Shown piece after piece: positions 50,136 through 62,477 of a stretch of 64,000 nt of DNA. The notes beneath the pieces were generated by a model. It was not told where the DNA came from. It saw only the letters and a list, made by a program, of their open reading frames with translations, and made no database searches. The position numbers were made by a program, and so were the translations under genes. The stretch is from Epiperipatus broadwayi. Lineage: Eukaryota; Animalia; Onychophora. The stretch covers positions 6,014,001 through 6,078,000 of the forward strand of contig JAQFVV010000006.1 in the NCBI GenBank assembly GCA_028023455.1, read 5' to 3'. Positions within the stretch are counted from its first letter, which is position 1. Each line of letters starts with the position of its first letter.

Positions 50136-51643
50136 TACTTGATTTTTTATCATTTTAAATATGCTTATGTACTTTTTTCAATTGTTCCTAATGATGAGCC
50201 CAAAAATGTATATTTTCATCATTTATTTAAATATTTATAATTGCTTTTACAAAATGTTGGTATAGTAATTACTAATTGTTTTACACTGCCTGAGCATTGT
50301 CATGGTTTTAATTGTTTTCTCTGGCTGAAAGCTTTCTTTGTATTAAACCATATCAAAATATAATAAATTTAGCTTCATTAGATAGATATTTTTGTTTAGA
50401 AATGAAATAAATTGTAAAACAAAACATCTGATTAATGCAAATATTGAAAAAATTATATTATAATCAAAACAATAAATGTTATTCATCATCAATGGTCAGG
50501 TGGTACAGTTTCATTTCAAAAAACAAATGAAATCTTTTTTATTTGCTATTTTTAGAATATGAATAAATAAATATCAATGTCTGATAAATATATCAATTAT
50601 GCTTTAAAAGTTTAAAAAATTTATAATAATATTTACAGTATTGCAATATATTCAAAAAAGATGTCAGGGGTAATGTGCTAGAAAACAGTTTTCACTTTAA
50701 TTTGCATTCTTAATATTATAATGAAAAATATAACATTTTATCTTTAAAAATAAAATACTCGCATACAAAATTAGTAATAATTTATATTCTTGATTTTTAA
50801 TAAGTATAACAAAACTATTATAAAAAATTAATCATGAATCTTAATAAACTTCATGAAAAAGTAAGGTTTAAAGTAATAACACAAAGTTTGAGACTTCTAA
50901 GGAAAAATACAAGGCTATCAAGAAAAAGTTTAAAAGACTTTTTACTTGCTGTATTTGTTTTGGAATTAAAATATTAGAATTAAATATATGTGATTTCAGT
51001 GTTAATTTAATAAAATGATTTATCTGAATAGGTGGCGAATTGAGTTTTGTGATTTCTCATACAAAGTGCCTCATCAAAAAAATTAAAGAAGCTAAAAATT
51101 AAATATATTCATATTTACATTTAAATTTTATTAAATCATTTTTAAAAATGCAAGTTAAGAAATTTGAAGTAATGATAAAAAGGAACTACAACCATAACAG
51201 TCTGCCAAACTTTTGAAATATGGTAATAATTATAAATGCAATTTTAAATTATAGAACAGAATTTTATTGCTTTATGATAGCTTTAAAATTATCCATTCAT
51301 ATTTAAGAAATGGAATTGAATCATCAAAGATTTTATTAATTTAAATTTTTCAATTGCTTTATTATAATCAGCTAATAAAAAAAATATATTACGTATTTCA
51401 CTTTATTTTATTTTTCTTATATTTGGAAAGTTCAAATATAAAAGTTTATGATGTTTTTCATTTATGTTATAAGCTTATATTTCTAACAACAATTTTATTG
51501 ATTAATGATATAAAATAAAGATTTTGATACTATAATAACATCAAACTGTTAACTAAATTAGATATGGTGGTGAAACTTCAAAGTACAAAAGGATTCAAAT
51601 AACCAGTTTCAGAGTCTATTACTTTTAAACATTAAAGAGTCAT

Positions 51644-52145
51644 AGTCAAAATAAGAGTCATACATCACATGACCCTATCTCTTAAGCTTGTAAGTTATAA
51701 ACAGTGAGGATTACCAGAGCCAGCACTTAAAATATATCTGTCAGGAACTCCTCCCCAAACCCCTGACCATGGTTTTGTGCTTTGGCACTCCTTAGAGAGG
51801 TGTCAGGGTAGGTTCAGACACTAGATCTAAAAATACCAACCCAAAGCTAAGCACTTAGCTAAAAGTTATCTATTGAGTGGAAAATCTGAAATTTTCAGAC
51901 GTCAACATGTCTTCAAACCCAGCTATCCAACTCAAATAGCTATATGGGGCTGATAGATCTTCAGCCATACCATATATTAGTAGTCTTAGCAATATAAAAT
52001 TGCATAAGACTTTTGGCAGAGACTATAAATATAAATAGTCAAAATAAGAGTTCTAGATCACGTGACCCTATCTCTTAAGTTTGTAAGTTATAAACAATGA
52101 GGATTGCCAAGCTGTCAGGGGAATTGGCAATCCTCATTGTTTATT
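51644..52145 (-). mobile_element. HHR family C composite with two 3' ends in direct repeat and a terminal hairpin (HHR-like 51760-51800)
   Basis: AGTCAAAATAAGAG...ATCAC(A/G)TGACCCTATCTCTTAAG at 51644 and 52037. Minus HHR CTAAGGA-GTGC-CAAA-GCAC-AAAA-CCATGG-TC-AGGGG. Hairpin at about 52090-52145. Confidence 0.82.
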
Positions 52146-52546
52146 AAAAAGTCATAATTGGAAATGACTATAAAGTTGTGCAAAATGATAGAATTACTGA
52201 ATATTAAAGAAATAATGGAAAGATCACCATATTTCAATTTTGGAGTTTTACATTTAAGACTAAGATGCATATAAATAAATAAGTGAATGGTTTTTTGCTC
52301 AGGAATTTATGAGAAGTTTGAGACACTACAAGTGTCAGAGCTAGTGATCCAAAGAACTTGGGGTTTGAGTATGCTATTGTGCCCAACCATGAAGGCCACA
52401 TACACATAGTATATAAGAATGGAAACAAAACTGATTCAAGAATAAATAAGAATTATCGAGAAAGTGATAGGATTGTGCACGTGGATAATTTTTATATTCT
52501 GGAATTAAAATACCAATTTTAAAAAGAAAAAAAAGATTTATTTATT

Positions 52547-52646
52547 GCATTGTTAGCCGAGAGGTATCGCAGCTGCCATGCAAGCAAGTAGTTGGTTGCA
52601 GACGGTTGTGGGTTCGCGTTCCGTCCGATGCTATGACATATGAAAA
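52547..52646 (+). mobile_element. tRNA-Gly-derived SINE
   Basis: Close match to 48045-48140, including the AGTAGTTGGTTGCAGAC insert and the TATGACATATGAAAA trailer. No TSD seen. Confidence 0.8.
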
Positions 52647-53219
52647 TTAAATTGAATTTCATTTACTTAAATATTACTCAGTTAATTAGGTTTATGCTCC
52701 TATCCACTATCCTTGATTATATTCAAAAATACAAATTCTGCAAATATATGAGAGTCTATTCAGTAATTTAAAAAAAAATCTGATCCCACCTCCCCCAATC
52801 ACTAAAAAAATAAAAAGGAAACAGGTTTTACTCATGAGATATATGGAAACAAGAAAAAAAATTCTTCCAAAAATCAAACAAAGTTGCATATGGTGTGGAA
52901 GAACTTTAAAAAAAAAAGGGAGGGGGGACATTTTTTTTTGTTTTTGTTTAGGCTTTTTTTATAAAAGTAATGAGAATGTGAAGCAAAAATATCAGAGTCA
53001 GTGTAACAAGTTTTATTAAAATGGGATAACATTAATATGGGGAGGGGACAGGTGATACATCATTACTGGAAAACAATTTACTATTTGCAGATTGGAAATA
53101 ATGAATGGGAAGAAGTAGATGAGTTTATGTACTGTCAAGAGTTTTCAGTAAATTGAACACCATATGAGCACCATTCTTTATGTTACACAAACTGTTTACA
53201 TAGAGGCTAATTAGTTACC

Positions 53220-53518
53220 CAGTACAAGCCAGAGCAATCAGTGGATATAAAAAGGTTTGTGTATCAAATCCCTATGTAGTGCCTATTCATCCATTATCCC
53301 TGACAAGTTTCTAGTTTCTGGTTTCATCAGTGTGGAGCCTAGATGCAGTGCCCTCATATCCAAGGCTCCTCACTGATGAAAACCACAAACCAGAAACTGA
53401 TCAGGTATGATGGATGGGTATGCACTAGATAGGGATTTAATGCCCAAACTTTCTTGTATCCATTGATTACCCTGGCTTACACTGAGTGGCGCTATTACCC
53501 GGAGAGTTTAGCATCTGT
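53220..53518. mobile_element. HHR family A inverted pair, both with decayed stem II
   Basis: 53220-53340 mirrors 53361-53484. CTGATGA and GAAA retained on both strands (about 53297-53337 minus, 53368-53406 plus). Confidence 0.8.
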
Positions 53519-53791
53519 ATTAATGAATGTTTGAGTTGAATCACTTGGTTTTTTAAGCATAAATAAATAAGTGGTCTATGCTTGGGAGTCCACAAAAAGT
53601 TTGAAATTCAAAAAGACAGTGCTGGGACATGATCCCTAAACCTTAAGCTCGAGAATCATCCACTCTTCCAATTGCACTAAGACATATTGGGCATAAGATT
53701 TCTGCCTTCTATCCACAGAATATTCTGTAGTTCTTTGAAGGGAAACCATTTCATATCATTGCTTATTCTGAGAAAGCTATAGGAAAGTAAG

Positions 53792-53851
53792 AAAAAACTA
53801 GTCCAATATTTAATTTAGTATAAAAAACTAGTCCAATATTTAATTTAGTAT
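53792..53851. repeat. Perfect 30-bp tandem duplication
   Basis: AAAAAACTAGTCCAATATTTAATTTAGTAT x2. Confidence 0.9.
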
Positions 53852-54005
53852 AATTTATTATTTTTACGAATACAGCATTAAGATATATAAAAATAATAGG
53901 TTTGGCATTTTACTTTCTTCGCAAAATAAAATGATAGAGGACTAGATTGGAAGTTTAAAGTTCATTAATTGTGTCACTTCCAGTACAGGAACTATACATA
54001 AACTT

Positions 54006-54224
54006 AAAACAGGCAAAACTTAAAGCAGTAGTGCCATTCAGTGCAAGCCAGAGTAATCAACGGATGCAAAAAAGTTTGTGCATAAAATCCTTATTTAGTG
54101 CCTACTCATCTACTATCACCAGGCTAGTTTCTAGCTTGTGGCTTTCATCAGTGAGGAGCTTTGGATCTGTGTTAACAGCTTGAGCAAACATAAGAAATTG
54201 TGATCATGTGATGTTTATTGGTTT
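54006..54224. mobile_element. HHR family A insertion with 5' inversion and 13-bp TSD
   Basis: TSD TATACATAAACTT at 53993-54005 and 54225-54237. 54006-54168 is antisense (HHR 54117-54158, triplet GCC); 54172-54224 is the sense 3' tail. Confidence 0.88.
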
Positions 54225-57117
54225 TATACATAAACTTTTTTAATTATTTATTTATTCATAAGTCTAAAACCACGGGATCTGAATCAAGCACTATTTACTA
54301 ATGAAATCTTTTTGTACATCAATTCATCTATTGCATCCAAACTATTTCTTCATCTTAATTCCATCAATAGTCCACTTTTTCCATCCTCTATATGAGTTTT
54401 GAAATGACACTTCCCCACTCTCTTTCTCAAATAGTATGAACTAACACAGAAACTGACTCAGTAACCAGTAGAATATTGAAAAGTGAATTTAAGGTAAAAT
54501 TAATTAACTAAAATATTTTTATAAAAAAAAAAATATTTTAAAAATTTTTTATACTTTTATAAAAAAAAAAAATTTTTTTTTTTTAGAGAGTATAATTAAT
54601 AAATATTTTTTTTTAAAAAAAAAAAATTTTTTTTTTTTATTTTTTTTTTTTCTCCCCCCCCCAAATTCTCCTTCTCCTCATAAATTTGTTTTTTTTAAAT
54701 AAAAATAGCCAATGATTAGTACAAGCCAGTAATCAATGATGATTGCTGAACCCAAATGCTCCAGTGATGTCAGAGATCTGGTTATAAGTGGTCAGCCTTT
54801 TGGAGGACGGGCAGAGAACATCTATCTAACCTACAAAGAAGGTACACGTTGCTAACCTAAACAGCAGTAAGCATTCTTATGACAGCAATACGCTATTTGT
54901 CCACACAGCTATGCAAGTCCACATAAAGACCAGGCGCTGCTAAGACTACTACCGACTTGAGGCAAGCTGTCTGGTACAGCTGGAGGAATTGTTCTACCTA
55001 CCTATGAGGCAAGCTATCAAAAGCGATAGATTGTGAAGACCCAGCTCCAAGAGTTCACATTAGAACCATATTAGTCTGTATTGTATGTATTTGTAAATAT
55101 TATATTAATTATAAATACTGGTGCTAGTGTTATTTTCTGTAGGCTGCGTCTGTACTCCAGACCAAACACAACAGATTTTTGGTGGAGACAGACAAAACAA
55201 TTTTTTTTTCCCTATGGCTGGAAAAAATAAGAGCATAAATACAGGATTGCGCACTTATATAGATCAAACACAACAAAATGTATTCATTAATTGTTATTGT
55301 TCTTTTTTCTTCTAATCATCATTAAATAAATAATCACATGGTTATCTTTGAAAGTTTCAAGAATCACGATCCACTGACCTTGAGCACCAAAGGCTGCCAC
55401 TCCACCACTGCATTTAACCATGCAAGAATAATCTTCATTGGCAACTTGATATTGAAGTATACATCAATTTATATTATATTTACTTATAATATATACTTTA
55501 TGAGCATTTTAAACAGATATTTTGATTTAAGGAAGAGGATGTGTGGGTGGAGGGATAAAAAAACTGATTCAAAGACTATTTTAAATTTTAAAAAGATTTA
55601 TTTTAATTGTTTATTTGAAGTTGCTTTTTTTTATCATTGTTGGAATTTTTTTCTTGTTAATTAAATATATTGCAGTTGAAGACTGCTTCATTTTATTCAA
55701 TTATCATGACATATTTTAGTTAGTGGTTTTATTATTTTCTTAGCGTTCAGCAAGCTTATGGTTTTTGTTTCAAACTATGCCTGCTTTTTGTTATAAGTAT
55801 AGCCATAGGACAGTTTTTCATATAAACTAAATGACTATTTAAGTAATATGTATACTATTTTTTATATATAAAAAATTCTTTTATTTAATGAGTAATGCTT
55901 TCAAAAATTTTGTCTTTAAGCATAATTTTAATTGTTATATGTAACTTAAAATATGGGCGGGGGGCATACATCTTTAATTTAATCAGTTAATTGAAAATAG
56001 TGATGGAATTAATTATTTATGGATACCCATGTTTATATTTTAAATTATATATAACAACCAAAATTAAAACTTCAATATTTATTAAACTAAAGGTTGAAGT
56101 ACAATTTCCATACTAGTACTGTTACTGACCAAGTGAAGAATAATACCACCTGAAATGTGGCCCATATCAACCTGTACTCTTTTATTAATTCTACATGATA
56201 CATACAGTTTCCATCCAAATACTACCATCACAAACTTTCAGGGAAAAACTCTATTAGATCATTACTTATCTAAAATACACCATGTTTAGCAAATTCTGAA
56301 TTATGACAATATAAAATTCTGCACATCAGTTTCAGAGAAACTCCTTTCATCAGCTGTCCCCTAGCTAAGCATTACTAATCCCAAATTAGAATGGATTGGA
56401 AGCTAAAAGTTGACATATATTCAACTTACATGCCGCTATTAAACATGATGTTCCACTGTATATCTTTGCAAATTCTTAGTAACTTTCCCAATATAACATG
56501 TTAAGTACCATCATATCAAGGATTTCCCAGATTTTCAGCCTTTTAAGAAGTGCATCAACTTAGCAGAGATATAGAGTTAATTTAGCAAAATAGACAAATT
56601 ATATCCATAGTAACAAAGATCAAATAGAAATGGAATATATAGAAAAAATATGCCATGACAGAGATGCTGTCAGTTACAAAGACTCCAGTAAAGAAAGGGG
56701 ATTCTGATTAGACTTGAAATCATTACCAATACGTAAAGCCATTGGAATTAATACCACTTAATCAGAAATTGTATGGAAAACTGAAGAATAATCTGTAAAA
56801 ATATTAACCAAATCCTTCCAATTAATCTAAAAAACTACTTAATGTCTTAGTAAAGAAATAAACCAATGTGTAGTCCCCAAAACCACAAACTTATCATTGA
56901 TAGGAGTATGGCACCTCTTCCATACTAATAAAGGCCATGTAATTTGCAGATGTATTTCTATTTGAGCACACAGTAGTGGCATTCACTTCATTAACCCATG
57001 TGACCTTTGTGCTCTAGGTAAGACTAATTATTACCCATTTACACCTTGACTTCTGGATTGGCTACACTTATTTACATTTAAAAAGGTCTAAACCTGCTTG
57101 AATTTTTGGGAAAAAAG

Positions 57118-57708
57118 CCTGGATTTTAAAATCCTTGTTATGGATAGGTATGAGGGAGAAATGAAATCCATATAGCCTGGATTTAAACTCCAAGTATTAG
57201 GTATAGAAAAAAATCAGTCATGTTCATCTTACCTGGATTTGAACTCCAAGTCATGCGCATGACAAAGAAATGCAATCAACATTATCTAGGCTGGATTTGA
57301 ATTTCTGGTCATGAGCATGGTAGAAAATACAGTCAGTTTATCTAAGCCTAAATTTGAACTCCAAATTGTTACATTGCAGAGTAACTTATTCCACTCACGT
57401 ATCCAGGATTTGAACTCCAGATTGTGGGTATGGCTAAGAATGATGATAAAGTTCATTTAGCCTCGATTTGAAATTCAGCTTATGGGTGGAATGGGAAAAT
57501 ACATTCAACTTCATTAAGTTTACATTTGACCTTCAGATCATTAAAATGACAATGGGTAGATAGGGTCAGAGAAATGGACTCGTATCATAGATCTTGGATT
57601 TGAATTTCAGTTCATGGGTATAGCAAAGAAATATGCATTCACAGTTTTCTAGCTTGAATTTGAACTCAGGTCGTGAGTATGGTAGAGAAATGTGGTCATC
57701 ATTACACA
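57118..57708 (-). repeat. Degenerate tandem array, 10 units of about 58 bp, each with a B-box-like motif
   Basis: CCTGGATTTGAACTCCAG-like heads at about 57118, 57176, 57232, 57291, 57347, 57403, 57461, 57519, 57593 and 57653. Confidence 0.8.
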
Positions 57709-58874
57709 ACGAGACTATTATTCAAAGTCCCACGAAATATTTAAAATATATATTAATAGTATGTGTGCGTAAGAGGCGAATATTGCTAACATTATTTACG
57801 ATTTATTGCTTCAAACTTTTTAATTTGTTTGACGGTAAACATATTGAAAATATGATAGCATCCAGTCATTTGTTTGTCATTAGTACTGTTTGTTTATTAA
57901 GATAAAAAGCCATTATGTGCAATACCGATAAATTATCAACTTTTTAATTTATTAATATCCCTAGATAATTACCTAGTTTGAGTGATTGTCTCTAAAACGT
58001 TTTCATTATATAATATACATAGAATTCACCACTGATAATTTTAAACTTTAACAAATGGTTATAAAAGCGTTATATATTATTATAGTACGCATATCTAAAA
58101 AGCCATTTTAAACAAGTCGCTGCATACATATTTATGGTTATTACAATTCTAAAGAATGAAAATAAAATTAAAAAGAAATACCATAGATAGACACAAAAAT
58201 AATATATATATACTCAAAGGAAATGATTGAGTACAAGAAAATTGGCTATGCTTCCGTAGTAAGTCTTAGCATATCAGTTAACATTAGTAAATAAAGAAAA
58301 AAAAGTAGCCCTGAGCAATTGGCCTAATGGTAGAGATGCGAGCTTAGGAGCTAAATATTTCTGCTTGCAGCTTAATCTGTCACTTCCGGTACTCTAATGT
58401 CATATGACCTCTCAAGCAACTAGCCGTACCATTTGATTTTTATACTTGTGTACAAACGTAGAGTTTTAACAATATATGTGTACATATCAAACAAAGTACT
58501 TAAATTCACATTAAGATCACTAATTTGAACTTTTTAATGAAGTTAAGACGGAGTGGCACATTCGAATAATCAGACTAGATTCTGATAATCATCCATCAAT
58601 AAAAAGCAATGAAATGGCCCAGTCATCTGGGGATTTTCTGATTATTCAAACTGATTCGAATTACTGTTGTAATACATGAATTTAAAATCAAATGTGCAAG
58701 GGCTAATGATTAAGTTCTTGAACGCATCTTAGAAAAGTTATTGCTGAAAACAACACTGCAATCACTTTCAAATTACCCCCTTGGGATGAATGTGCTGATG
58801 CCAGTGCCAGTCAACCCTTCAAAGCAGTTTTGACCACTTCAGAACTTGTGGTCATTAGAGCTGTTGGAGTATTT

Positions 58875-59116
58875 TACCATTGATGCTCTAAATATTACTT
58901 CCTTTCATATTTCCTTTATATTCAGGTAAAGAAATACCATTGATGCTCTAAATACTACTTCCTTTCATATTTCTTTTATATTCAGGTAAAGAAATACCAT
59001 TGATGCTCTAAATATTACTTCCTTTCATATTTCCTTTATATTCAGGTAAAGAAATACCATTGATGCTCTAAATACTACTTCCTTTCATATTTCTTTTATA
59101 TTCAGGTAAAGAAATA
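58875..59116. repeat. 60-bp minisatellite x4 with ABAB (120-bp) higher-order pattern
   Basis: Units 1 and 3 carry AATATTAC/TTCCTTTA; units 2 and 4 carry AATACTAC/TTCTTTTA. Confidence 0.95.
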
Positions 59117-61399
59117 ATCTTAAGTGAGTAGTGAAGATGATCGTTACAATTACTTAAGTACTAGCTACAATTTCCCTCAAATGCAATGGGCTCCTTTGGG
59201 ACAATTTTTGCATACATCTTTCTTAAGCCGGGTTTTCACTTAAGACTTCCTAACAATTTCTTGATGGATGCTTACTCAGTTTGCTATCTGAATATATGAT
59301 TTCCCATCTTTAACTAAGACGTCTGACTCATATAAAAACATTAATTTTGAACCAATAAAATATCACGATTCCATCATATGACTTTAGTTAACCTATTGCT
59401 GTTTAAGCAGGATAATTTTTCTTATACCACATCTATGCCACCTATTGTGAGCATTAGTAACTAATACATCCAAATGATAGTACTTAATAAGTTCATATCA
59501 TGTATTGTCTTATTACAATTCCAGTAATTTGATTAAGATTGAAAATATGTTTTTCAGTTTGTGCTTACAGTTTGATTAGTGTATAATAGAGCTAAATGAC
59601 AGAAGATATATTATATCCTAAGGTTCCAGATTCACTGTTCTAAGACACTAAGCTACTCTCTACTAAAAGTCATAAGCCTGAAACTAGCATGAGGATATTC
59701 AATAAGATGGCATAGGATAGGGATCTCTTGACCATTATCATCTGGTATCTATTGGTTACTAAAGCTTACAGTAACTGTAAGAGAAATGGTGGGGAAAAAA
59801 TGCATGCTCTTATAACATTAAGTGTACATGCTAATTCATGTTATTTGCAAGATAGCCATAAGAAGGTTGTCTTTTATCTATACAAGAGGCATAATGTCCA
59901 TGAAGGTCTCTTTTCTTCAACTTAGAAATAGAATAAAATTACTGCTTTTAAACATTAAGGGTATATATAATTATAAAAGATAATTTGATGTTTGCTTGTC
60001 GATTACAAAAAAAATCACATCTATGACTTCCGTAAGTTTTACTTTCACTCTAACAGATGGTACTTAATTACTATCTTGTTCAATTTCAAGTTGTTTTTAT
60101 CTGTGTATCTTTTACCTTACCTCAATCCTATCACGACCATCTGCCTGCCCAGAAGTCACACCAACCTCTCTCACTATGAATGTATTTTGAGCATCCACTT
60201 AGACACATATAGCATATGTTATAATTTTATTTCATATACACCATTTCAGATTGTACTTAAATTTAAATTCATTTATATATATCTCAGATATTTTTTAAAC
60301 TTCAGTTTTAAAGCACCACAACAAAGACATGCAAAACAGATAAATGGCACCCCCAAGATGGATTATGCTGAACCAACACTCATCAGTTGCCCCGATGGCA
60401 ATATCTTACTTATATCTTCATTATTTGTTTAGTATTATACAAATAGCAAGTTACTATAGTTTGAATATAATAAATCTTTCTGCACTCCCAACTTGGACCC
60501 AAACTATTTTATGTATATTAATGATTATTGCCAATTATTTATTAAACTAGAGAACCCCCATGTCAAAAATACACTTTAAATAAAGTAGTGTAAATAAAGA
60601 CTGCTTAACATAAATAAGATTCAACCCTACTCTGATTTACAATTAGAGATATCAGGGTTTATCACAGATGATGAAGATTTACCTGACGCTGTTTTTAGAG
60701 CTTTGTATTGTTGTAGTTCATAATTCAGAATTTTGTTATTATATAACATCTTATATTTTAGTTCAATAATAAGCTAATAGATCGCATTTAAATGCTCTTT
60801 CTATGTTTCAAAGGTATTTTATTCATTCTTTGACAAAAATATTGGTTAACCTTGTTTACTTTTTTACAACGTTAATTAAATTATAAACACTAGATACTAC
60901 AGATTAATAAAAAAAAAACAGATATTATTAATGAGGCAAGTGTGTTGTGCTATAGTTTTGAGGATTGAGTAAGTCCAAGCCAGATTTCTATATATAAATT
61001 GTATTCTGAAACTTTTCTACCCCTTTCTCTTATTACTTCTAGCTTGATTTCTAAAACAATTTAGTGGTCTTCTTTGACTGTTTTCATAAACACATATGCA
61101 TCTTGTGCACCATATAGCATATAGAACAAAGACCTTAGCAGGTACATTTGAAAAATAACCCCTACAAAATTCCTTAAACATATATCTAATATTTATTTTT
61201 TTATTCTGAAATATGACTGGTATTTCTACCCTGATTTGGTCAAACCTGGGACATAAGAAAAAAATATGAGATTAGGTTTCGGACTCTCTTTTACAAAGAC
61301 TACAGCAATCTTCTATTGATTGATTCTGTCTTTTATACTTGTAAAAATATTTCGTATGTAATGTTTCAAGTTAATATTAACAATAAAAATGTTTGTTTG

Positions 61400-62440
61400 T
61401 AAATTCAAGTATAGACTTTTTGTGAAATTTGTGTGGCTGGATAAAGTAATAAATATACATCCCAATATTGATATTTACCCGTTGGAGGAATATAGACAAG
61501 ATTCTGTATTTTTAGAACTAAGTCTCTAATGACCTTTAAATATCCTGTAAGTGGGGGAAGTCTATCTGTAGGTGTGATTTTAAATGTTATTTTCAGGTAT
61601 GGAAACATCTCAGTACATTTTGAAATGATATCAAGTAATTTTTGTATTTCAAATGCATTTACTGGAAGAAGACCAATGCCGTTGTTTTCAAAGGGCACTG
61701 GAGCTTTCTGATTGAGATTGATAAAATCCTTCTACCCCAGAGAAGTTTTCTCAGTAGTGTATGACTATGGTTAATAAATTTCTTTGTAAATTTTATAATT
61801 GGTGTATAATATATCATTATAGTCACAATTAGCATGTTGTATAATGAAATTTTGACATATAGGAAGAGATGTTTTATCAGAGAGTTGATTATGAGTTCTA
61901 TTTAAATTGTTAGTTGGTTTTGAATATTTGTTCTCATTTTTATATAATTTAAGTAAAATGGAAAGCCTAGAAATAGGCTAGGTTTTCATTTGAAAGGTTC
62001 TATAATACTGTGACATGTGTAAATTTGCCATGCACATGATACATTTGAATTTGTCAGTGTATTGTTTTAGCAATTTTATTACAAGTGGGATTTGTTTTCT
62101 GGATGATGGAAAAAATGCAATACCATCTATATAAGCAACACCCTTAATATTGGTGTTTAAGTCTGGAATGTATATACCTGTCATTTCTTTTTTGGTGGCT
62201 GCTACTAAAGGATTTATATCTATTGAGAGGAGTGCTCAATGGAGAATGTTGTGGTGTAGAACAATTGGGATGATAGGCGGTGATATTCACCCATTTAGAG
62301 TAACATACATCTCCCAGTTCCAAATTTGTTAACATATAAAGGTAATTTAGGTATATGTATCTGCTAGAGTATTAATCAGGAAGTCAATAAGGACTGTATC
62401 AAATGCAGATTTAATCTCCAGCTGAATCACAACAGGGCCA
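61400..62440 (-). mobile_element. Decayed non-LTR RT fragment, possibly L1/Tx1-like
   Basis: PQHSPLSTPL (QGxPLSP-like, ORF 62144..62335), IKGVAYIDG (AYxDD-like, ORF 61978..62184), NNGIGL (GGLGL-like, ORF 61405..61698), in the expected order. Confidence 0.55.
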
Positions 62441-62477
62441 TATTTTATCTTAACTCTAACTTGTATAAATGGTGGGA

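Noticed and set aside
56000-57070. APE endonuclease remnant on the minus strand (and a LINE 3' remnant at about 59150-59700)
   Set aside because: Motifs appear only after assuming several frameshifts; needs a profile search.
57118-57708. CRISPR array
   Set aside because: Repeats are degenerate, spacers are mutually similar, no cas genes, eukaryotic context.
58716-58885. Possible exon encoding KVIAENNTAITFKLPPWDEC...
   Set aside because: About 50 codons with no recognisable homology or partner exons.
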